Origin: Octopus vulgaris
Lineage: Eukaryota
Length of the DNA stretch: 64,000 nt
Assembly (NCBI GenBank): GCA_951406725.2
Contig: OX597814.1
Coordinates: forward strand, 102,362,001-102,426,000
Direction of reading: 5' to 3'
Shown here in pieces: positions 1 through 11,893 of the stretch. Position 1 is the stretch's first letter. The number at the start of each line of letters is the position of its first letter. The position numbers and the translations under genes are program-made. The notes under the pieces are model-generated. The model saw nothing but the letters and a program-made list of their open reading frames with translations. It made no database searches and was not told the origin of the DNA.

Positions 1-199
1 CACTGCTTGGGAGAATATTTTAGTTGAATGAATCAACCCCAATACTTATTTTATAAGCCTGGTACTTTTTCTGTGGGTCTCTTTTACTGAACCTTTAGGT
101 TACAAGGATGAAAACATACTGGAACTGGTTGTCAAGCAGTGGTGTGGAACACACACACAATATATAACACCAAAAAGGAAAAGTTGACTGACAGTGCAG

Positions 200-609
200 G
201 GTAGCACCTACATTACTAGAAATAAGAGTTAAAAACCCTTAGAGTTGCAAGGAAGCACATTTTCATATACTGACAGAGGAGATAACTACCCCAGAATGAG
301 CAAGATCACTATACTAGTCTAGTTTCGCTCGGAAATTATGAACCTATTGGTAGTGACTACTCCATTGCTGGATGGTTTGCTTAAATCTTGACTGTCATTT
401 TTGCTGTATGAATTTATGGCTGATTTAGCAAAATGCTAATATGAAAATTATAAAATAACGAAGGCAGCTATATGCAAAATAAAACCAAAATGGAAAAATT
501 CAATTGCCACTGATTGTGAATGAGGGAGCAAGGTAGCACATTCACTGCTAGAAATAAGAGTTAAAAAACCCTTACATTTGCGAGGAAGCACATTTTCATA
601 TATTGACAG
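200..609 (-). mobile_element. Short element bounded by ~78-bp direct repeats (200-276 / 532-609), inserted in a SINE-A copy; possible Penelope pseudo-LTR remnant
   Basis: GGTAGCAC...CTAGAAATAAGAGTTAAAAA(A)CCCTTA...GGAAGCACATTTTCATATA(C/T)TGACAG occurs twice. A heavily decayed hammerhead-like motif lies between them on the minus strand (312-355). SINE-A halves flank it at 1-170 and ~630-745. Confidence 0.4.
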
Positions 610-759
610 GGGTATATATATAATTAATTCAAAAAGCAGAGACAGTCTTCATTCAGTATCTATCTGCCAATTCCACTACAAGGCTTTGTGTGACTCAAAG
701 TAGTGGGACTGGGCCCAAGATCATGTAGCTGAGAAGTAAACTTCTTTTTTTTTTCTTTT

Positions 760-982
760 TTCCTTATTGCCCACAAGGAGCTAAACATAGAGGGGACAAA
801 CAAGGACAGACAAAGGGATTAAGTCGATTAGATCGACCCCAGTGCATAACTGGTACTTAATTTATCGACCCTGAAAGGCAAAGTCGACCTTGGCGGAATT
901 TGAACTTAGAACGTAAAGACAGATGAAATACTGCTAAACATTTCGCCCGGCATGCTAACGTTTCTGCCAGCTTGCCGCCTTC
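760..982 (-). mobile_element. SINE family B copy (tRNA-like head GGCGGCAAGCTGGCAGAAACGTTAGC..., tail ...GGGCAATAA)
   Basis: Closely similar to copies at ~36690-36890(-), 42821-43055(+), 54635-54872(-), 59960-60183(-) and 61862-62090(+). Box-B-like GAGTTCAAATTC and conserved GACTTTGCCTTTCA...GGTCGATAAATTAAGTACCAG block. Confidence 0.85.
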
Positions 983-1399
983 TTACTACACAACCAACCC
1001 TGCACCTATATGTACCATATTAATGTGTATCATTGCTTATTTCTACTTTCACTTTCTCTAAATTAGTCACTCAAACCAGTGAATCATTATAACTACCATC
1101 TTCTTTGATACTGTATTATGGATTTTGAAAATTTTAACCAGGAAAATTAATCAACTGAAAACTTGAGTCAAACACATAGTACAGCATAAATGATATGATA
1201 CAGTCCCCCATTCCCAGTCTACCGATAAGCCAGAACTATAATTAATTTGTTAGCCATTTGTGACTTATCTTGAAGGCTTTCACTACTATGGGTTTTGTTT
1301 TTCTTTACATTATTTCTTCATTTGAAACAAGATATTGTTTTGCTGATATCGCTTATCATCTCAAGTATAGTTATCATGGTTGTCAGAGTCCTTTGGTTG

Positions 1400-1660
1400 T
1401 GGTGCACACCTTTCTCTTGTCCTGGCTGTCATCATCATCATCACCATCATCATTGTCATTGCCATAATCACCACCACTACCAGCACCACCATCATCATCG
1501 TCATCGTCGTCATCGTCCTCATTTCTTGTCCTCTTTGTTGTTGGCTGCAGTCAACATCATCATTATTCTCCTCAATGACATCATCATCATCAGCCTTATT
1601 AACTGCAGTGTTATTACCACTATCTTTCTCTTCTTCCTTCTACCTTCCTCCTCAACGCCA
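1400..1660. repeat. (CAT/CAC/CGT)n low-complexity trinucleotide tract
   Basis: Degenerate CAT repeats explain the poly-His, poly-Ile and poly-Ser ORFs in the track. Confidence 0.9.
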
Positions 1661-2559
1661 TAATTGTTGGTACTGAATTTACTTTTGTTTTCCATTTGGC
1701 ATAGATTGCAAAGAATTTTTGCTCAGAGATATATGTTATTTATATTATGCTTCTATTGTCCCAGTCATTGGAAAGGGGCATATTGTGCCATTAGAGAGTC
1801 AGATAGATTACCTTGTAACATTTGTCTAGACTCTCTGCTCTCTCTCTCTCTCCTTCCTCCTCTCTCCACTTTCTCATGGAGAAATATAACAGTGCTCGAA
1901 AATGAATGTGGGTTGGCAGCAGGAAGGGTATTTGGCTGTAGAAAATCTATCTCAGTGAATTCTATCAGACCTTTGCAAACATGGAAAAGTGGACATTAAA
2001 ATGATAATAAATGAAAGAAAGGCGACGTTGGTTAATGTAGTCCTGAGTATACTCTGCACTGTGTATTGTGTCTGGGAAAGCTGTGATCACAGCTGGAACA
2101 TCTTTGGTCAGTAGTCTTCTGGCTGGCCTCTGCTCATACTGTATCATTTACCTTTTACTTGTTTCATTTATTAGACTGCAGCCATGCTGGAGCACTACCT
2201 TGAAAAATTGTGTTTTAGTCCAATGAATCAACCCAAGTGCTTATATTTTTGTTAAGCCTGGTACTTATTTTATCAGTCTCTATTGCCAAATCGCTAAGTT
2301 AGGGGGACATAAACACACCAACTCCAGTTGTCAAGTGGTGTTGAGGGACAAACACAGACACACATACACACACACATGATGGGCTTTTTTCAGTTTCCAT
2401 CTACCAATTCCACTTACAAGGCTTTGGCACCTTGGGTAAGTGTCTTCTACTATAGTCTCATGCACATGTGTGTGGTGTGTGTGTGTGTGTTTCTGTGTGT
2501 CCGTGTGCATGAATGTGCATCAGTGTTTATATATTCCTTACTTGTTACTGGTTGAGTGA

Positions 2560-5500
2560 AGTAGTGCTAATATTTTTTTATATTTTCCATATTGATATTA
2601 TGATTAGATAATCTATGCTTTTGAAGACCTGTAGAATAATGATATTGCTTATTTCAAAGATGTAGCTTTGCAACAGATAATGCATCTAGTCTTAAATTCC
2701 CATCTCAAGTCTCTGTCGAAACCCTTGCTAACATGGAAAAACATGTGACACAGAGTTTGTATCATGTAACAGTACAGTAGTAATTCTGTCACATTATGGT
2801 AACATGCAAATATCATAAAGCTAGATGCAGTAAATGCTTTAAATGTTGTAATTGTTCATGTTTGTGTCATATTTATCAAGTGTCAAGTCATAAAGAAAAT
2901 GAAGTGGTCCTTCATATATAGGTTTCAGTGAATCAGATGACGAACTTGACCTAATAAATGTGGTAGTAGTCAAAGAAATTAAGATTAACGTAAATGTATC
3001 AGACATTGAAAGAAAAGGCATTAACTAATGGTGGAAACTTTACAATAGAGATACCAATCTGCTAAGGCTGGAATAAAAGGAAAACATAATTGCTTCTGAT
3101 AAAAGCACCAGGTCAGTGATTTTATAAGGAGGTGATTAGTTGATATCATTAATCCTAGCACTTAACTGGTACTCTATTTTATTGATCTTGAAAGGATGAA
3201 AGGCAAAGTTGACCTTGGCAGAATTTGAATTCAAAATGTAAAGATTTGAAATAAATTATCACAAAGCAGCTTTTGCTGTGCTCTAACTTTTCTGCTAATT
3301 GTATGTGCAATTAGCAGAAATAATACATTTTTTTTCAGTATATACTATGATGGTAATTTGCAAAATTGTACATCCAATGATTCAGAATCTTCAATACTTG
3401 AATGTGGCAGGTAAATATCTAGGAGGCTTGCAATTACTAATGATAAGAAAAGAGAATATCAAGTCACTATTTGAATTATTGTCTCTCAAAAATCTACTCT
3501 ACAATCAGTAGTTGTCGCTTCACTTGCAGGATCATGCAACGAAAAATATCTAAAACATGAATTTAAATTTGGAAGAGATATCATACCAAAAGTAAAAAAA
3601 AAATCAAGTATATGAAATTACCAGGAAAAAGTTATACTTGATATAAAACAATCAAAAGTGGTAAAGTTATGATACAATCAAAGGGTGAAGTTTATGATCA
3701 TTGACAGAGAAGTTAATAAATAACTGGAAGTGAGGAAATTGATTTTCTGAAAAGGATTCAAAAGAATATTAGCACAAGTTTACTCTGCTGATATTTAAAG
3801 AACATTGCAAATGAAAATGATCTAGTGAAATTCTTCATTCAATAAAATAGTGAAAGCTGTAATATAAATCAGAAAGTAAAAGAAGCAGTAGACCATGTAT
3901 CTAGTATTTTGCTGTCTGAAATCTTTGACAAATTCTTGCAGATATTGATAATGACACTGAACTTCTTGTAACTATATTGGAAAATTTTTCAAAATACACA
4001 TATAAGAAAATGCTCTGAAATGTAGTGTCATTAACCCAAATTAAGCATTTGAATCTCATCTTGGATCACCAGTTAGTTTTCATGTTACATGCATTTTAAA
4101 TAATGGAATACATCAAACATGTAGTCAAGCCAGTTCATCATAAATTGTTAGATAATTATTTAACAATTTATGTTGTGAGAAAATTATTATCTAAATAATT
4201 TACAGAATTGGAATTAAATTTCAAAGAGAAGCCATTGATGAGGCATTAGAATTGCTAGAACCCCCACAATCAGGCAAACATAGCAATAGTTGATTTCAAA
4301 AGGAAATTTAAACATATTCAGAGAAAAACGACTTATTTTTATGAGAAGGATTCATATTGGCAGGAAGCCATGATTAATTCAAAATACAGACATGTAGAAA
4401 GAGCATTTGCAGAAGCTAAAGGAATTCAGCTCCAACCTCATTATTTTTTGTATATGGATCATATATCAGCTATAATAGTGAACAGGATTGAAAAGTTGTC
4501 TAATTTCATTTCAGCACTACGATCTATGAGGTTTAAGTTCACTATCCAACACCTTCACCAGATATCTGTATATTGAAATAATTTAAGGTTACAGAACTAT
4601 AGTTTTGATGTATGGAATACAGGAAGTTGCAAAGCATATAAATTAAAGATCTTAAAATGCATGCATGCAGCAATACAGGATGGGAAATGTTTAATATACA
4701 GAACAGCAATGATGCATGTTAACAAGTGTTTCATTATATCCAACTATAATGCTTTAATTCCAAGAGATATCATTAAAGCTCTGAGAATATCTGGAGATGC
4801 CAGCAATTCAAAAGCAGAACTGATTGGGATTAATAGATCAAAAATCGATTAATTCATGGTTGCACATGGCTCAGAGCATTGGAATCACAATCATGAGGTA
4901 GTAAGTTCAATTCCCAAACCAAGCTTTGTGTTGTGTTTTTGAGCAATACACTTTATTTCATATTGCTCCAGTTCACTCAGCTGTAGAAATAAATTGTGAC
5001 ATCACTGGTGCCAAGCTGTATTGGGCTTTGCCTTTCCCTTGGATAACATCGGTGGTGTGAAAAGGGGAGGTTGGCATGCAACTGCTGGTCTTCCATAAAC
5101 AACCTTGCCTGGACTTGTGCCTTGGAGGGAAACTTTCTAGGTGCAATCCCATGATCATTCATGACCAAAGGGGGTTCTTTACCCTTTATCATGGTTGGAA
5201 ATAAAACTATTATAGTTTGATACTGTTAGATATCATATAGAGATTCATTATAATATGATAAGTAACTCTGTTAGCAAATTTCTTCATTTGGGCATCAGTT
5301 TTAATATTGGCATTGGTTTATCTATACAATTTATGCCAATTAATTTCCTCTATTCTGGTAAAATTGTATCCCATACTTAATTGATAGATCCTTAATTATT
5401 CCTGAGAATTCTAAGATTGGTTAAGTGTGACCACCTGGATATAGTAAAAAAATATATCAATTCTTTCAGAATCTATATTATGAAACTTTTTAACACTGAT

Positions 5501-5965
5501 GATGATGATAAATCTGTTTGAATAGGCCTCAGTCAAATACATGTCTGAGGTGATAAAGAGAAAGTGTTCAATTCAACTCAATCTTTCATTTGAAAATGAA
5601 ATTCATCAAGCAGTTACAATACTTAAGATTAAGACAAAAAATTACCAAAAATCCACAATGTCAACATCTTGAAGAATTACTGAACCATGTGTGTCTTCAA
5701 GGGCATGTATCTTTATTAGTCCAAAGGGATGAATCAAGACTTTTGGAAAGAATTTCAAGAGTATCATCTTCTTCCCTCCAATTTAGTTTCCAAAAAAGGA
5801 AAAACTAGAACAAGAAGAAAAATTATTTGATGATGAGTGCTTATAAGAATTTTAGACGCCTTCCCCACACATTTAAGTGTCATTTTGATAGCCACCAAGA
5901 CAGTAGTACTAAAACATTTGAAAGCAACTGAGTACATTGGCTTGCAATGTTCATAAATCAAGGAA
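2560..5965 (+). pseudogene. Decayed, intronless coding-like block of unknown origin, interrupted by SINE-B (~3100-3300) and SINE-C (4863-5188)
   Basis: Microsatellite-poor sequence with successive plus-strand protein-like segments (e.g. HVERAFAEAKGIQLQPHYF, NALIPRDIIKALRISGDASNSKAELIGINRS, LFLRILRLVKCDHLDIVKKYINSF) broken by stops and frameshifts. No family recognised. Confidence 0.35.
4863..5188 (+). mobile_element. SINE family C copy (tail variant 1) with 9-bp target-site duplication
   Basis: tRNA-like head followed by TGTGT..TTGAGCAA.ACACTTTATTTCA block. TCATGGTTG is duplicated at 4854-4862 and 5189-5197. Confidence 0.8.
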
Positions 5966-5974
5966 AGTAAATGT

Positions 5975-6143
5975 TTCTGTTTTTTTAATTTTGAAAATCA
6001 GTTTGTGTTTTAGAACTTTTTTCTGTTTTTGTGTTTTAAAATGTGTTTTTTTGTTTATGTGTTTTAGAAATGTGCTGTGTTTTAAAAATGTGTTTTCTGT
6101 TGATGTGTTTTAGAAATATGTTTTCTGATTTTTTGTTTTAGAA

Positions 6144-6176
<33 letters not shown>

Positions 6177-6245
6177 TGTGTCTGTGTGTCTGTCTGTCTG
6201 TGTGTGCATGCGTGTGTGTGTGTTTGTTCTTGTCTTTTAGAAATG
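5975..6245. repeat. Degenerate minisatellite (TGTGTTTTAGAAA-like) grading into (TG)n
   Basis: Repeated TGTGTTTT(AG/AA)AAATGTG units visible directly. Confidence 0.85.
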
Positions 6246-7244
6246 AAGGACTCATGCAAACTACTCCACTTCTAGCTACGTGCCAAAGAAGTATCAAAAT
6301 ATGTTTTTGAGATTTTACAAAAAGCACTTGTAATATTTTAACTATTACCACATAACGTTTTATGGTGAATTCAGTAATAGAGTGAGGGATAAGATTTTTA
6401 ATATAAACCATATTTCATATACTTATGTATGAAGCAATTTGATATTGAATAAGACCAATAAAAACATTCACATAAACCATGTGTCTATCTATCTCTCTAT
6501 CACTTGCTTATAAATAATTATTATGAAATCTGAGTTGTTTAGTCCCAGATCAGCCCTAAATGAGTAGAGCTATGATCAAGCTCAAAGGTATTCTAACCAT
6601 TACCCACCCATTGCTTCTTTCAGGTTTATTGTATCTAGGACTCTACATTATCCATTGTGTCCATTTTTAAGCTGGTAGGGTGTGATTTGAGGGAGATATG
6701 GCTGCTACTTTTTGCTGATCAAATGACTATGAAGAAGCACTCTCGTTGGCTCATAATACTTTACGTTTCTGTGCTGTGAGAAGAGTTGTAATGTATTGGA
6801 CATACTTAAATGCTTGTATTTTCTTTTTAGTTTTAAGAAATACTGAGTTAACTCTACCTGAATATGTAAGTGATGTCTCTAATAGTAACTTTACTGTCTA
6901 ATTTCTATAACAATGATGAATGATTCATAGTTCAACCATTGAGGAATACACTCCTTTTAACCATTGTGTTCACCTATTTTCTGCATTAATTGCTCTAAAT
7001 AAATGATATTTTTTTCTGTCACCCATCTGTCTTCTCATTGTGCTGTGATTTGGGTTTTATCTCAAGTATGTGTGTAGCTTTGTATAATTTGTAAAAATAT
7101 GTATGCATTTTGCAAATCCTATGCATTTTGTATAGGTTCTAGGTCAGGAGATGTTCCAATTAGTCTTTCAAACATTTGTAGAATGGCAGAATGCAACCTC
7201 TTAATGGAATATAGTACAATTATGGATAGTTAAATGAATAGGTA

Positions 7245-7550
7245 GTGAAGGCGCATGGCTTGGTGGTTAGGGTATTCAACTCTGATCATAAGGTTGTGAG
7301 CTTGATTCCTGCAAGTGTGCTGTGTCCGCGAGGAAGACACTTTATTTCACATTGCTTCAACCCACTAGCTGGCAAAAACAAGTTGTACCAGTAATTGAAA
7401 GGGCTAGCTTTGTCACATTCTGTGACACACTGAATCTCCCTGAGAACTATATTAAGGGTACATGCATTTGAGGAGTGCTCAGCCGCTTGCATGTTAATTG
7501 CATGATTAGATCAACTGGAACGCTCATTGTAACGGACAGAGTGTCACTAT
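7245..7550 (+). mobile_element. SINE family C copy (tail variant 2)
   Basis: GTGAAGGCGCATGGCTTGGTGGTTAGGG head (box A) and CORE-like block. The same tail is present in the copy at 26437-26745. Confidence 0.8.
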
Positions 7551-8259
7551 TAGTGTATATGAATAGGTAACTTCTTCAGAATTTCTGGTTAGACTTTTAG
7601 AGTTTACAGTTGTACTTTGAAACCAAATACAGTTCTTCTTCTGTAGGAATGCTCTTCCTTATTTCTAACAAGTTGAGCAAACACATACAGGCTCCTCTGT
7701 TTGCTAGGTGAATCCTGTGTAGATGGTTGAGGAGCCTGCAGCTTATGAAAACTTTAGCCCCATATACAATGCTGTTAACATTTGCCTTTAATGCTTTTTT
7801 GTTATTTCTGTTGAAATACACTGCCTTTATTTTCAATTGGCTTTGAAAATAATGAAGAATTTAGTAAAATAATTGTCATTATTAAAATGGTGTGTAAGAT
7901 AGTAAACTGGCAGAATCATTGGTACGCCAGACAAAATGCTGAGCAGTATTTCATCTGACATGTTAATTAAGAATGCAAAGACTGAAATTGGAACGTAAAG
8001 ATGGAGAAAATGCCTGACAGCATTTCATCTGCCTTTATGTTCTGAGTTCAAATTCTGTCAAAGTCATTTTTGCCCTTCATCCTTTTATGGTTGACGAAAT
8101 AAGTACCAGTTGAGCACTGGGGTCGATGTAATTGACTAGCCCCCTTCAGCCCTTTTCAGTCCATTCAGCAGCACAAATACTCAATTATTGCAATTACTGC
8201 ATGTCATTGAAACAGTGTGTATGTGTGTGTGTGTGTGTGTCATCCTGAATGAAACTGGG

Positions 8260-10445
8260 TGTGTGACTACATAGTGGTTTTAAGACAATGTCAATGAGGT
8301 TGCTCAGAATATGAGTAGGACAGGCTGGACCAGCTATAATGAGTCTTAGTTTAAGGTATTTGGGTTGTAGTAGTTTTATGTATTCACTACCTTGTTTTTT
8401 ATAGCATTTTGTATTTCTTCTGACTTGTGTATTTTAGGTAAGCCATAGAAGTTGCTGGATTTCGACTCAAAATTGGTAATATAGCCCCTTTCATTAAAAG
8501 TGAGGGAGTTATAATGTTTTAAGAGTAAATTATTGAGTTTCTTCATGATGCGGTGGTCAATATTTGGAGGTATTTCACAGTAGAATGTTGTATCCTTCAA
8601 TTGATTTTCAGCTAAATCCTGGTAATATTCCATACCCATTATAGCAATGGCACCCCCTTTATCCACTTATTTGATGACAGTTGTGTTGTCATTTTTAAGA
8701 TGTACAAGGGCAGACTTTTCTAGTTTTTGGAATGTTTGGTCTGACGTTGATGCTATACCTCAGGAGAAATCTGGAGAGGATAACAATGAACTGATCTAGA
8801 TGTGTATTTCATCCTTTTGGCAGGTTAAATTTTGATTTATTTTTCACCACAGATTTGTCATTCTCATTATTTTTATCTATAAAAAAAAGTCCACAAGTCA
8901 TATCCGACACAAGTTTTGGATATTTTCCTCTAATTCCTGATGGTTAGCTGTAGGTCTAGGTTTGAATTTCAGTCCTTTCATCAATAATTGAAGTTTGTCA
9001 CTGTCTATATTTCTTTTTGACAGATTAATAAATTTTGGGTCTATCCTATCAGTTGTTCCACAGGTATTTCTTCCTGGACTTTTTCTTTCTCTGGTTTTCA
9101 CTGTCCTAATCCTAAAAAATAGATTCTTTTTTGTCTATTATTTCTTCTGTTATTAACGTCTTTTCTCTGGTGAACTTTGTATTTTAGCTGTGGTGTTTGG
9201 TTAGGTAGTGGTGTGGGTATATCATTTATATTTCAGTTTGTGAAAATTTTTAAAGTTTATTTTACAGTCTAGTATGGTTTTTGTTCTGTTCTTAATAGGT
9301 GATTTTTGTTGAAGTCTTGAATGTGGTTTCTTCTTTATTTTCCTTCCTCTAATATTTTTATCTAATGAATAATTGTTTTGTATGCTAACATTTTGATCAA
9401 AGGAATGTTTGTTTTGTTTATGGTATTCTTGTATGTTATGTGTATTGGTATATTTCTTTGTATTTTTAAACGATAAAAAGTTCTTACCATAGTTCCTTGT
9501 GATTGACTATTTTTGTTGCCATGTGTTTTCATGTATGTTGTGTTGGTTAGGTTGCTTCCTTATATTTCTCTCATGTGGTACTGAGGTGTCACTACCATAG
9601 TTTGCAGCATATTTATCAAGGAGCAATTGTTTCTTTTGCCATAAATGTCTTGATTTACTTTCTTCTTTTGTAATATCTTTAATCCACATCTCTTTCATAT
9701 TCTCAGCTATGTTCCCGTGGCTATTTTAGATATTGTCTTGATAATTTCATTGTCTACCATTTCGTATTTTGTCTTGAATCAAGAATCTTTACTTAAATTG
9801 CTAGAGATGTCTGTCCTCAATTTTGACATAGCGCCCATCTTAGTTTTGTTTCTTCCTCTGGTTCTCCTATAACTTCTTTAAGAATTTACGGGAAAGTATG
9901 GATATGTCTGACTCAATCCAATCTGTGTATATCTCACCATAATTTTTACATTTGTATGCCTTCCAGAAATTTTGTTTATGTGTATTAAGATGTTTTTTCC
10001 ATGTCGTACTAATTTGTTTTCTTTTTTGACAGGCTTCTTTTTTTAAATCTGTTTCATTAAATTCATGTATCCATGCCGGCTGTGTTAGGCTTTCTCTCAG
10101 AGTTTTTACCACTTCTGATAGGGTTTCAAATAAATCCTTGATTTCTTAATGTAGATTTGAACATATATCTTTTGTATCTGTTTTTCCAGTTCCTGTAGGA
10201 TACTTATTTGTGTTTCCACTATTGATATGTGTTGACAATTTGCATGATATCGCTTTTAAGATCATGTCTGATTCTGTGGGTCCCATTTGTTGTTTACCAG
10301 GCATGTTGGCTTATATACAATATAAGCACATTTTTTTTCCAAATTTGTGTGTGTATAGAATAATATATCAGGTGAATAAAGTTATAACATGGTCTGGTTT
10401 TCATGTTTTTTATTACTGTATTTAAAAAAAAATTGTTTACAATGT
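8260..10445 (-). mobile_element. Penelope-like element (PLE): 5' region, long N-terminal domain and start of the RT, degenerate and 3'-truncated
   Basis: Minus-strand fragments FINLSKRNIDSDKLQLLMKGLKFKPRP, DKGGAIAIM..YY...ENQLKDTTFY, FYGLPKIHKS and LRLIIAGPACPTHILSNLIDIVLKP are hallmark PLE RT N-terminal motifs (DKG, FYGLPKIHK, RPI). Multiple stops and frameshifts. Confidence 0.88.
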
Positions 10446-11197
10446 CGAAGTGTAAACAGGGAATTTATTATCGGATTGCTCATGAGTTCACAGATAACAA
10501 ATTCAAAACACTAATGTTCACCAAATTCCATTGAGCGAACATATTGAAACATGTGGTCAGAAAATGTTTCTAATTTTTCCTTTCCACAAACTTCATGACA
10601 CAGGTGAGGTTGGAAGGAAGATAAAAGAATAATGCTTCATTAAAATATTCAAACCTGTTCTGACTAGAAATAATAACAATAATATAACAACCAGTTAATG
10701 ATGTGGATTAAAAATATCTTTAATATATGAATATAAACAAATTACAGAAGACTCCTACCGATTGAAATAAAAACGACCGAAACCAACTAAGTTTGCTCAC
10801 TCATAAAACCATTACATATAAACCGCAAGCTAATTAGTTAAAATAAAGGTGGGATCTATGCCAGTAATATCAGTGTGCTTGGCAAACTGTGATGTTTACT
10901 GCATGCTGATTGGTCAAAACTGTGTTAAAAAAATTCAAGTTGTCAAAGCCTTCTAATAGGTATAAAACGGAGGAAATCAGTCATTTTACTACAGTTGTCA
11001 AGCACTCAACTCAACTGTCAGTCAATACATTTTGAAATCTGATGATTACTATGAACGTATAAAAGTGCCAATTGAACTTTATGAACATTACTAAATATTT
11101 CTTTTAATGTTTAACAACCTCAACATTGTAAAGAAATTTTTTTTTAAATACTATAATATAAAACATGAAAGCCAGACCATGTTGTAACTTTATTCAA

Positions 11198-11205
<8 letters not shown>
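10446..11205 (+). mobile_element. PLE 3' end: GIY-YIG C-terminal remnant plus pseudo-LTR, inverted relative to the RT-coding part
   Basis: Plus-strand translation VHR*QIQNTNVHQIPLSEHIETCGQKMFLIFPFHKL...RKIKE*CFIKIFKPVL resembles the PLE GIY-YIG C-terminus. 11123-11206 is the reverse complement of 10363-10445. The element ends in (TA)n. Confidence 0.75.
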
Positions 11206-11291
<86 letters not shown>

Positions 11292-11360
11292 CATATATAC
11301 AGATACACACATGCACTCACCCCCCCACACACAGACACACACACAAACACATGCATATAT

Positions 11361-11750
11361 AGGCACAGGAGTGGCTGTGTGATTAGAAGGTTCCCAACCA
11401 TATGGTTCCAGGTTCAGTCCCACTGTGGTACATTGGGCAAGTGTTTTCTACTATAGCCTAAGGCTGACCAAAGCCTTGTGAGTAGATTTGGTTGACAGAA
11501 ACTGAAATAAGCCCGTTGGATGTATATATATGTATATACATATTCATGTATGTGTCTGTGTTTGTCACCACCACCATTGCTTGACTACTGATGTTGGTGT
11601 GTTTACATCTCCATAACTTAGCAGTTTGGCAAAAAGAGAGTGATAGAATAAGTATTAGGCTTACAATGAATAAGTCCCGAGGTCAATTTATTCAACTAAA
11701 AGTGTCATCCCGCATGGCCACAATCAAATGACTGAAACAAATAAAAGAAC
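11361..11750 (+). mobile_element. SINE family A copy
   Basis: GGCACAGGAGTGGCTGTGTG head, GGTTCAGTCCC box B, CORE-like TTGGGCAAGTG block, internal (TA)/(TG) tract, ...AATGACTGAAACAAATAAAAGA tail. Confidence 0.88.
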
Positions 11751-11763
11751 ATATAAACATGTG

Positions 11764-11814
<51 letters not shown>

Positions 11815-11839
11815 ATGTATATGTATCTGTGTATGTATA

Positions 11840-11893
<54 letters not shown>

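Noticed and set aside
1270-1676. His-rich, Ile-rich and Ser-rich ORFs
   Set aside because: All three frames stay open only because of (CAT)n low complexity.
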